64,000 bases of DNA from Octopus vulgaris (taxonomy: Eukaryota). The notes below the pieces were generated by a model, which searched no databases, had not been told where the DNA came from, and saw nothing but the letters and a program-made list of their open reading frames with translations. Location: contig OX597819.1 in the NCBI GenBank assembly GCA_951406725.2, positions 34,162,001 through 34,226,000 of the forward strand, written 5' to 3'. Both the position numbers and the translations under genes were made by a program. How positions within the stretch are numbered: position 1 is the first letter of the stretch; every line of letters starts with the position of its first letter. Below, one piece after another: positions 39,238-51,700 of this stretch.

Positions 39238-39460
39238 TAAACTTGATGTGGTGTGCAGAAATGTGTGTTGTGATCTATCATTAAAGCTTGTTGACTTCTA
39301 TCCTTGTGTTACATTATTATAGGCCTGAACAGAGAGAAGTTCTACATGTACTGCCATAACCAGAGATATCTTGAGGTACAATAACATGTGGTAGCCAAAC
39401 GAATGCATAGGAAATCTTAAACAAGTGTTACAAGGTTTTTTACTCAAAATACACTAAACA

Positions 39461-40053
<593 letters not shown>

Positions 40054-40585
40054 CACACACACACCATATATATAGTGGATAAAGATGTGTCAAAAAATGG
40101 CATATAGATACAGAACAATTAGTGCACAGACTTGACCAGGTACCTAAAATCCAACATTGAATAAACAAGGACGGAGTCCAGACAAATAAGAGTTGGCTCC
40201 AAGCAATGTACAAGTCAAGGTAATTAAAGTGCAAAAAAAAAATAAAGACAGATGTTAATACCATTGGATCATTTATAAAATGATTATACAGAAGCATAAA
40301 AATATATGAAATAAACAGAAAACATGAAAAATAAGGAAACTGAGACTTCATAGTAATTCTTCATAGACAGGTGTGGAGTGCAGGAGTGGCTGTGTGGCAT
40401 AGGAGTGGCTGTGTGGCATAGGAGTGGCTGTGTGGTAAGTAGCTTGCTAACCAACCACATGGTTCCGGGTTCAGTCCCACTGCGTGGCATCTTGGGCAAG
40501 TGTCTTCTGCTATAGCCCCGGGCCGACCAATGCCTTGTGAGTGGATTTGGTAGACGGAAACTGAAAGAAGCCTGTCGTATATATG

Positions 40586-40616
<31 letters not shown>

Positions 40617-41152
40617 TTGTCCCCCTAGCATTGCTTGACAACTGATGCTGGTGTGTTTACGTCTCCGTCACTTAGCGGTTCGGCAAAAGAGACCGATAGA
40701 ATAAGTACTGGGCTTACAAAGAATAAGTCCCGGGGTCGATTTGCTCGACTAAAGATGATGCTCCAGCATGGCCACAGTCAAATGACTGAAACAAGTAAAA
40801 GAGAAAGAGAAATAAAAGAGAAAGAGGTAGATATCCTGGAAATTCATGCACTAATACCACAGATACTAGAGAGAAGAATCTGAGCAGTCCATCATAGTGG
40901 TTCAAACTGGAGAGGTAGGTAAATATCTGGTGAGTCTATTACTCGAGCCTCATAAATAAAAGAGTAGTGAAGACAGGTAAACCTTTGCAACTGTTTCTGG
41001 GACTTGGTGTTCAACACTGTGCACCATGTACATGTATGTACACCATTTATGCATACCATCTACATATGTGGACTATCTGTACAGGTACACTATCTTTACA
41101 CACACACACGCACACACGCATGCACACACACACACACACACATATACATTTG

Positions 41153-41391
41153 CAGGATGTGTTGAAATTTAGGTATTTCCACTCGTTTACTTATTTATAT
41201 ATTTATCAGATTAGTGGAAACTGAGCCAGTGAGTGTATTAAATTAATAAGGTACTAAGAGAATGACTCTCCCCAGACACAATAAAATTAATACTAAAAGC
41301 TTTCCTCTCATATCCATTTTTCTGTAAAAATTACAATTAATAGATAATTCATAAGCATTTTAAAATACAGAGTTACTTTTCAATCACCCTG
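41153..41391. mobile_element. Degenerate Tc1/mariner-type MITE
   Basis: Right end reverse-complements to TA|CAGGGTGATTGAAAAG; left end caggatgtgttgaaat is a weak match. Confidence 0.4.
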
Positions 41392-42621
41392 TACAGACAG
41401 ACACATACATTTCTTTACTACCCACAAGGGGCTGAACATAGAGGGGACAAACAAGGACAGACAAAGGGATTAAGTCGATTACATCGACCCCAGTGCGTAA
41501 CTGGTACTTAATTTATCGACCCCGAAAGGATGAAAGGCAAAGTCGACCTCAGCGGAATTTGAACTGACAACGTAACGACAGACGAAATACGGCTACGCAT
41601 TTCACCCGGCGCGCTAACGTTTCTGCCAGCTCGCCGCCTATGTGTCGCAGACAGACACATAGATTCAGCAGGCAGGATTCAACAGGCCAAGGATTCAGGC
41701 CAAGTTTTCAGTTTGAAGTTGACTTTTTCATGCTTGTCTTCGAGGCCCTAAAAGCCACCATGACCACTGCTATCCCTTCTCTGACTAACCAGTTAAAATG
41801 CTCAACATTAACTGGCCTCAAATTTCATCTTGAGCAGTGTCTTCAAAATATTTTATTTATTGCAGTTAGACTGGTATTGGAACATAACCTTTTATATAAA
41901 TTTACAGAGATGAGAAGAAACTGGAGTATAAAAGTCTTCTTTCATTCTCATCTGCTGTGTCAACCTCAGTAATAGATTTTTTTTTAAACACTATTATGGA
42001 CAAAATCCAAAGGAAAGTAAGAAATTTAGAGTTACTGGCCCAAGATTTCATTTCAGATGGCACACAGGCAGTTCAGTACCAGTCAACCAATTTAAATATA
42101 GCAATCTGTAAATCTGGGTTTGCAACTGGACATATTTATGTTTAAGAGTGAAACCAACGAAATGTATAAGGATTCTATGGTGGAGAGAGGGGATGATGAT
42201 GAGAGAGAGGAGGAGGAGGAAAGACAAAGAGAGATAGGCAAACAGAGGAGGAGGAGGAAAGACAAAGTGAGGAAGGTAATATATATTCTGATTTCTCCTA
42301 ACCATGTCAACAGTAAATAAAGAATATGCTTTAAATGGTGCAGAGTACAAAAAACACTACAGATTGTCTAAATAAGTCGCAATTCAGTTACTGAGGAAGT
42401 TTTAAAATAGTACATCTGTGAAAAGCACATGCAATTTTCGTATTTTATAGCCAACTTATCCCACTAAAGCAATACTTTAAAGCTAAGCAAGGCAGCAACT
42501 GGCTGAAAGAAGCTGAAAGCATTCAATTGTGATTCACCCTAACCCTACTAACTCTGATTTTTAAAAGCCCGCAATCCAACAAACAAAGATATTAATAATT
42601 CTAAATTTGTAAAGAGATATA

Positions 42622-42853
42622 TATTTCTTTACTACCCACAAGGGGCTAAACACAGAGGGGACAAACAAGGACAGACAAAGGGATTAAGTCGAATACATCG
42701 ACCCCAGTGCGTAACTGGTACTTAATTTATCGACCCCGAAAGGATGAAAGGCAAAGTCGACCTCGGTGGAATTTGAACTCGGAACGTAACGACAGACGAA
42801 ATACGGCTACGAATTTCGCTTGGTGTGCTAACGTTTCTACCAGCTCGCCGCCT
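42622..42853 (-). mobile_element. Family B SINE with ~20-bp TSD
   Basis: taaatttgta(a/g)agagatatat on both sides. Confidence 0.9.
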
Positions 42854-43456
42854 TTGTAAATTTGTAGAGAGATATATGCTATTTAAAACAATTATAAAAC
42901 AATTATTTCCTTGCAAAATCAAAAAAATAAAAAGCAAGTATCAATTTTCTGTAAGTAATTTCCTTTTAAAATAATATTCTCTCTGAAATTCGGATATTTG
43001 AATGTTTCTGCAGAAAACTTCATAATATTAGTATCTTTTTCTTTTTTCCTTTACACACTTGTAATTGCTGAAGAATGGAATAAACTACCCATATTACTTG
43101 TTAGCTGTAGTCAGGACACTACATCTTTCAGAACTTCCATACTTCCTGAAATTTGCTAACCTGATGCCTCTACCCCCATTCCATTTTTTTCTTAAACGAC
43201 TCGCTTCCTATCCATTATTCAATGCACTGTTCATGCACTTTTGGCTACTTTTTCTGATGAGCTGTAGTGCACCTGAACTCTGTACGCAATAACTTCATTA
43301 TTACTATGAAAACAATTCCATTGACTTATTCTTATATTTTGGGATAGGCATTTATTATTATTTTTTTTTTGCAAAATAAACACACATACAATATATTTGT
43401 TCTTTATTCATTTACTATTGTTCTTATTTTATCTTTTATGTCCATTATCTGGAAAT

Positions 43457-43826
43457 CTTTCATCACACATCTGTGACCTCTTCAGTGGCCCTTTCCATCC
43501 ATGTGTGTCCTCCTGCTCCACCTAGTCCATTCTAAGATTTACTATAATTCCATCTACTGATTTGCTATAATGACTGTGGCATAAAAAGATACATTTTAGC
43601 CATTCAAAAGCACACAAAACCTGTTAACTTCACTTAAACATTTACTATTTGGTGTGAAGTTAACAGATTTTGTGTGTTTTTGAATGGCTAAAATGTATCT
43701 TCCATGCTGCAGCCATCACAGCAAATCAGTAAATGGAACTATAGTAAATCAGAGAATAGACTAGGCAGAGCAAGAGACACATGGATGGAAAGGGTTACTG
43801 AAGAGGTCACAGATGTGTGACAAAAG
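43457..43826. repeat. Foldback: ~175-bp imperfect inverted arms with 20-nt loop, Penelope-like terminal motif at both outer ends
   Basis: 43457-43633 pairs with 43654-43826; both arms end in CTGAAGAG-GTCACA-gatg-TGTGA(C/T)-(A/G)AAAG. Confidence 0.85.
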
Positions 43827-44489
43827 TTTCTGAATGGCGAATAATGTCTTCTACACTGCAATTGTTTCAGATTCAACAGAAGTTTTCAGATCAAATCCTT
43901 TGACTGACAAGTTCACCTCTTAACTGTTGTTTAGCTGTTGTTTATCTTTTATCTTTTACTTGTTTCAATCATTAGACTGTAGCCATGCTGGAGCATCTCC
44001 CTGATGAACATTTAGTCGGATGAGTTGACATCAGTATTTTTCTTTTTTTCTTTTTTAAAGCCTGCTACTTACTTTTTACACACCAACACTGGTTGCCAAG
44101 TGATGGTGGTGGCAGTGGGACAAACACAGACACAACGACACACACACACATATTTCCTTGTTTCAATCATTTGACTGAGACCATGCTGGAGAGCCTAGTA
44201 CTATTCTATCAGTCGCTTTTGCTGAACTGCTAAGTTACGGGGATGTAAACACAGCAGCACCAGTTGTCAAGTGGTGGGACAAACACAAACACAAAGACAT
44301 ACACAGATATATACAAATATATACAAATATACAATGGGCTTCTTTCAGTTTCCATCAACCAAATCCATTCACAAGGCTTTGATTGGCTTAAGGCTACAGT
44401 AGAAGCCACTTACCCAAGGTGCCATGCAGTGGGACTGAACTCTGTTCAGTCCCAAGTTTCTTAGCACACTGCTACGCCTATGCCTATTA

Positions 44490-46312
44490 CAGCATTATGT
44501 ATATAAAGCATTATGTGGTTAAAACTATATATACAGCATTATGTGGTCAAAACTGTATATAAAGCATTATGTGGTTAAAACTGTATATACAACATTATGT
44601 GTTAAAACTATATATACAGCATTATGTGGTTAAAACTGTATATACAGCATTATGTGGTTAAAACTATATATACAGCATTATGTGGTTAAAACTGTATATA
44701 CAGCATTATGTGGTTAAAACTGTATATACAGCATTATGTGGTTAAAACTGTATATACAGCATTATGTGGTTAAAACTGTATATGCAGCATTATGCGGTTA
44801 AAACTGTATATAAAGCATTATGTGGTTAAAACTGTATATAAAGCATTATGTGGTTAAAACTGTATATACAACATTATGTTTTAAAACTATATATACAGCA
44901 TTATGTGGTTAAAACTGTATATACAGCATTATGTGGTTAAAACTGTATATACAGCATTATGTGGTTAAAACTGTATATACAACATTATGTGTTAAAACTA
45001 TATATACAGCATTATGTGGTTAAAACTGTATATACAGCATTATGTGGTTAAAACTGTATATACAGCATTATGCGGTTAAAACTGTATATAAAGCATTATG
45101 TGGTTAAAACTGTATATAAAGCATTATGTGGTTAAAACTGTATATACAACATTATGTTTTAAAACTATATATACAGCATTATGTGTTAAAACTATATATA
45201 CAGCATTATGTGGTTAAAACTATATATAAAGCATTATGTGGTTAAAACTGTATATACAACATTATGTGGTTAAAACTATATATACAGCATTATGTGGTTA
45301 AAACTATATATACAGCATTATGTGGTTAAAACTGTATATACAGCATTATGTGGTTAAAACTGTATATACAACATTATGTGGTTAAAACTGTATATACAGC
45401 ATTATGTGTTAAAACTATATATACAGCATTATGTGGTTAAAACTGTATATAAAGCATTATGTGGTTAAAACTGTATATACAGCATTATGTGGTTAAAACT
45501 GTATATACAGCATTATGTGGTTAAAACTGTATATACAGCATTATGTGGTTAAAACTGTATATGCAGCATTATGCGGTTAAAACTGTATATAAAGCATTAT
45601 GTGGTTAAAACTGTATATAAAGCATTATGTGGTTAAAACTGTATATACAACATTATGTTTTAAAACTATATATACAGCATTATGTGGTTAAAACTGTATA
45701 TACAGCATTATGTGGTTAAAACTGTATATACAGCATTATGTGGTTAAAACTGTATATACAACATTATGTGTTAAAACTATATATACAGCATTATGTGGTT
45801 AAAACTGTATATACAGCATTATGTGGTTAAAACTGTATATACAGCATTATGCGGTTAAAACTGTATATACAACATTATGTTTTAAAACTATATATACAGC
45901 ATTATGTGGTTAAAACTGTATATACAGCATTATGTGGTTAAAACTGTATATACAGCATTATGTGGTTAAAACTGTATATACAACATTATGTTTTAAAACT
46001 ATATATACAGCATTATGTGGTTAAAACTGTATATACAGCATTATGTGGTTAAAACTATATATACAGCATTATGTTTTAAAACTGTATATACAGCATTATG
46101 TGTTAAAACTATATATACAGCATTATGTGGTTAAAACTGTATATACAGCATTATGTGGTTAAAACTGTATATACAACATTATGTTTTAAAACTATATATA
46201 CAGCATTATGTGGTTAAAACTGTATATACAGCATTATGTGGTTAAAACTGTATATAAAGCATTATGTGGTTAAAACTGTATATAAAGCATTATGTTGTTA
46301 AAACTGTATATA
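44490..46312. repeat. 28-bp minisatellite, roughly 65 copies
   Basis: Unit cagcattatgtggttaaaactgtatata with 27-bp variants; contiguous, no spacers. Confidence 0.97.
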
Positions 46313-47166
46313 GAACTTAGTATATAGAAAGCTGAGTATACATACAGCATTGTATATTCAACTCTGTACTGAAAACTGCATATACAAAACTGTGAATTTA
46401 AAACAATTTAAATCTGTGTGTACAAAAACTATCTATTTAAAACTGTATATAAACAAAACTGTGTGCACAAATCTGTGCATTCTAAAATCAAACTATTCAC
46501 CAAATATTTGAAAAGTATTACAAAACTGAATCAATATTTTAGAAGCCATTCTCCATGGCTTTTACATATACAACTTAGTTTATTGATAATAGCCAAGTTC
46601 ACAAGATTTTAAATGATATTTCACTACCTATAATTTGCAAGAAAATATGAAACAAGCAATAACAGTTAGGAAATTTTAACGAAGAACCAATAATTTGTTT
46701 ACACAAATAAGACATTAGTGACCCACTATAAAACATGTCTATCAAACATTGGACTTCACTGATGTACTTAAGACTTATTTTATAGGACATTATTTTGAAC
46801 ACCATAGCATCAGAAGATACTGATGTACTTATAAACGTCTAGACTAGGATATTCAAAATTCCATTATTAATATCACTAATAGTTTCACAAACATAGCCAG
46901 TAATAATAAGAAAGTTATTATTTTCTCTATAACTTCCATTAGTAGAGTTACATTTCAGTCTTGTTTCTTTTCTTAGTCTTTCTTACTTCTGACTCAGTCC
47001 CATTGATTCACTTTAATGCTGAATATTTAGAGTGAGGAACCTCACTCGTGCTTCAGTCACATCGTTTTCTCACTTCCTTATTCTTTTTTTAAGATACCTT
47101 CTTACACCTAATTTGTTGTCATTTTAGTTTCAATCTGAGTTAACCTCAAAAACAAAAGTGTTTTAA

Positions 47167-47386
47167 CCCTTTCGTTACTCTATTTATTTTGTGATGCTCT
47201 CTGCTTCTTTCAATTACTTTAAATATAACAAAGAATTTAGTAAAATAACTTAGTTATCATTAAGCTAGTGTTAGGAACATAAATTGTGACTAAGGTTTCG
47301 TGGAAGATTTTTATTCAAAACTGATGAAAACAAGACATTTGTACTCAGAGCCAGAGCCGGTTTCAGCCAGGTTGGTCATGAAAGGG
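47167..47386. mobile_element. piggyBac-type MITE, second copy
   Basis: TTAA|CCCTTTCGTTAC...CATGAAAGGG|TTAA; highly similar to 27999-28220. Confidence 0.9.
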
Positions 47387-47606
47387 TTAAGAGCATAGTA
47401 GTCTGCTTGAAGCATTGTAGCATAGAAGTAGAAAAAGAAAAGGAAAATAAAGAAAGTTTCTAACAATGCAGGAAGTTTTACAAAAACCTTTATATCTCAG
47501 GTGCAAAAGCCCATCACCAGAAGGAAGTAGTCCAAAAACTGTTAAGTAAGACCGATTTAGTTAATAAAAAGTGTTTTGTTTTACTTCATTTTTGTTCATT
47601 ACACAA

Positions 47607-47836
47607 CCCTTCTGATACTAACTTGCCTGAAACCAGCCTTGGTTCTATGCTACAAGTTCCCTGTTCTAAAGTGATCTAAATTAGAACTTTCCATCAAAAT
47701 TTCATGTTAACTTATATTTCAAAATGCTTTAAAAATTTAATAATGACGAGGATATTTAAATAAAGTTCTTCATTATTTTCAAAACCAATTAAAATAAAGG
47801 CAGTATATTTCAACATATATTTAGTAACAAAAAGGG
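47607..47836. mobile_element. Older piggyBac-type MITE of the same group, opposite orientation
   Basis: cccttctgatac...gtaacaaaaaggg termini; the interior reverse-complements loosely to 47167-47386. Confidence 0.65.
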
Positions 47837-48546
47837 TTACATATAGTCTTGAGAAATCTCTAGCAAATTTTAATACAGTATTTCAAGATACTCAACTAAA
47901 TGCTATTTTGTGGTTTAAGTTCAGACTATGGTGGTTGATACTGTACAAAAAAAAAAAAAAAAAACACACTTCACATTAGAAAATATTGAGGAAAATATAA
48001 GTAAAATCTCATTTTTATTGGTTCTGATTTAGTTTCAAACTATTTGGATGCCATGAAGAAATCAGCCTAGAAAGAATTACTTCAGAGCCATTCATAAAAT
48101 AGCATGAAGAAATAATAGTTACAAAAGCAATAAATAGAATGGGAAGAACACGAGTGTTTATTCATTATCATCTTTACATGTCTCACCAATGGCACAACAG
48201 TTTTAGTCTATGTGGCACCCTTGGCACAATGGAATATAGCAGCACTGTAAAATGGTTGGTAACTGGAAGAGCATTCAGCTGTGAAAACCCATGCCAGGAC
48301 ATGAAGACTTTCTCTGTTGCAATGTGTGTCAGATTACAGGAATGTGACAAGAGGCAAGACATGTTGAGACATATCCAAGCCGTGGAAGTATGGTTAAAAA
48401 AAGACAAAGAAGATGATGGTGACAATGACAATGATGTGATGTTAATGATGATGATGATGATATTGGTGATAGGAAAGGAGAAAACAAGAGGAAGAATTAC
48501 ACTATAACAGTGGAACATAAACTATAATCTAATGGACAATTGCAAA

Positions 48547-48775
48547 AACAATAGTTAGTAATGATGATATGAACTAAAGGCAGATGGATTCACTCTAATA
48601 GTTAACAATAGTTAGTGGTGATGATGTGTGAACTAGAGACAGATGAATTCACTATAAAATAGTTAGCAATAGTTAGCAATGATGATATGAACTAAAGGCA
48701 GATGAATTCACTATAAAATAGTTAACAATAGTTAGCAATGATGATATGAACTAAAGACAGATGGATTCGCTCTAT
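48547..48775. repeat. ~57-61-bp tandem repeat, 4 copies
   Basis: Unit aacaatagttagcaatgatgatatgaactaaaggcagatgaattcactataaaatagtt. Confidence 0.9.
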
Positions 48776-51700
48776 CCTTGCTATGTTTTTCTTTTTTAAT
48801 TTTTAATCAATCTGAAGTTATTACTGTTACTTTACTAAGTCAGGCAGAGAGATCGTGTCTTTGTATGAAAAGATATTTGGCTAATAAGAGCTATCAATCA
48901 AGAATATTTTAGACACTTGGAAAATACAAGCTGGTAAATACCGCAGATTGTGTCAAGCATAAGTTGTACAGGTTTATGTTTCTAATACTTCATAGAGTTA
49001 CAGGTGAAGAGGTAATCAATCAAAGAGACTACTCAAGGTATGAACTAACTAATTCATGTAACTACTTCAGTTATCAACAAATCCCAAAAGGTAATTAACA
49101 ACCATTACATAAATCAATAAGATTAAATTGTCATTACAACCAGTTGGCATTAATAATGTTGCAACTGCCAGATAACTAAAACAATGCATAGTAGCAAAGT
49201 GAGGTTTAAAGATAAGCAATGGTTGTAAAGTTTATCTCAGATCTAACAAATTTAATAAACCTCTCTAATTTACATTCCATAAAAAGGCATTAACTGGTGT
49301 TCATCATCACACATTGCAATCTTTATCTAGAAATTGGAATGAAGGAGAGCAATAAAGCTATAAATGTTAGTATGATGGAAGTGTAAATTTAGTGAAGACA
49401 AGCCATTACATTTCTAGGAAGAGAAAAAGAGCGAGAAACAGTTTTGTCAAGTCAGAGATGAAATGTAATATCTTTCATTTCCGAGTCTTCAAAAAACAAA
49501 AGAACACATTGAATAATGTAGCCCAGGATATACTATGCCTGAAAAAAGGTAAAACGGTCATGGTTGGAATGCCTTTCATTATAAGTTTGTTCAGTCAGGG
49601 CTAACTTGAGGCTTAATAACAATATCAAGAGCTTCTTTTTGTGTAGATCTAAGAAATAGGGGTAAGTTAGTGTACAGGTATAGCATGTTTATAATAAAGA
49701 TATAGTATATACATATAAAGACATGGTCCAGAGGTATATAGGGATACTATATGGGTGTTATATATACTACTGGCTGGGTAACCATGTACTTCCTTCAAGA
49801 TCACCTCCTCCAATGCCCCCTCCCCTCTCAAAGATTCCTTGTCTTGCAAATTAGTTGGTGACCCTGCCAGTGCTGGTACCACTTGAAAAACATCTAGTAC
49901 ACACTCTAACGTGGTTGGCATTTGGAAGGGCATCCAGCTGTAAAATCCATGTCAAAACTGACCTCACCTGTGCTGGTGCCACGTAAAAAGCACTCAGCCC
50001 ACACTGCAGAGGCTTGGCATTAGAAAGGGAATCTAACCATAAAAACCATGCCAAAACACAGAAGTCTGGTGCAGTCATCTGTCAGGCCAGCTCCTGTCAA
50101 ACCCTCCAACCCATGCCAGCATGGAAGGAGTACGTTAAACAATGATGATGATGATGTATCTAGGTCAGGTTAGGGAACTCATCACAGGCTGATGAAACCT
50201 GCTAGTGGTACCATGTAAGCTAGTACTCCCTGTTTCATGGTCGAGTGGTCAGTGACTAAACCAGCTCCCCTACTTGAGTAGCTTACTATTCTTGTGAAGA
50301 GGGTGTGTCTGGACACCCTTCAGGACTAAAAACAAAACTTACTGAAAGGTGGATGAGATCCCTGAGGGCCAACAATCACTCAGTTGGGGAAGGCAATGGC
50401 AAAACATCCCATTATCTCTGCCAAGAAAACAGTATGAGAAAGTCAGAATGAAGTAACACTATAGTTTCATCTGATAGGAAAACTCACACTCAATAAGGAA
50501 GATTTTTGTTGTAGTGTCATCAATGCACAGCAGGCGTATGATACATAGAGTCAATGATACGGGTATAGCCTAGGGGTATAATATAGAAGTATAGTATAGA
50601 AATAGTATAATAGAATAGATATAGTATAATATAGTAGATAATAGTATAATATAATAATATAATAGAAATAGTACAGTATAATACAGAGATATTAAGAGGT
50701 ATAGCATAGAAATATAGAACAAAGGTATTGTAAATAAGTATTTTGTATAGTGTAGTATGGAGGTAACATATGGGTATAGTATAGAAGCAGTATAGGGGTA
50801 TAGTATAGGGTATAGTACATATATTGAGTAAATAGGTACTAGCAAACTCGTTTTCTATGCTGCGAAACATTTATGGAACTGATTTGCTTCTTGCAAGATG
50901 GGGCATGAACATGCCTAAGAATAACTATGACAACAAACTTTATTAATCCGCTCAAATATATAATATGAAACTTCAAGTTATTTCAAACGCATGACAAATT
51001 AAATTATAAAACATGTAATCATGCAACAAACCCTTACTCCCTAAAATTACCGACGTTGTACCAGCACTTTGGGCAAGTGTACTCTACTATAGCCTCAGGC
51101 TGACCAGGGTCTTGTGAGTGGATTTGGTAGACAGAAACTGAAAGAAGCCTGTTGTGTGTGTGTGTGTGTGTGTGTGTGATTATCCCCCATCACTGCTTGA
51201 CAACTGGTGTTGATGTGTCTGTGTTCTCACAACTTAGTGGTTCAACAAAAGAGACTGATAGAATAAGTACCAGGCTTTAAGAAAGACCTATGTACTAGGG
51301 TCCATGCATTTAACAAAAAATTCTTCAAGGTGGTACCCCAGTATGGCTGCAGTCTAGTTACTGAAATAAGTAAAAGACAAGATAGTGTTGTGATATTATT
51401 ATCAGGTTTGCAAAAGTGACACAGATGGTAACTCACTCAGCAAGTAATTAATTTCACTGATTAATGAAAGCATGTGGCCTAGTACATGTGACCCTTCAGT
51501 GGATTGTGAGTTAAATAAAATGGGTCGGAACCAAAAAGTTTGAAAAAAATTGGCCAAGTTGATAGGGTGTTGCACCCATGATTGTCAGATCATGGCTTTA
51601 ATTTCCAGACTGGGTAGCTCTAGTGCTGTGTGGGGACCAACACGTTGAAGAATAGACCCAACATTTCCTCTGTGTGCTTTTTATGTGGTACCAACACTTA

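Noticed and set aside
41640-41972. 110-aa ORF downstream of a SINE
   Set aside because: No family motif recognised; it starts at a SINE junction.
44490-46312. CRISPR-like 28-bp repeat with a palindromic core
   Set aside because: Units are contiguous with no unique spacers, there are no cas genes, and the context is eukaryotic; it is a minisatellite.
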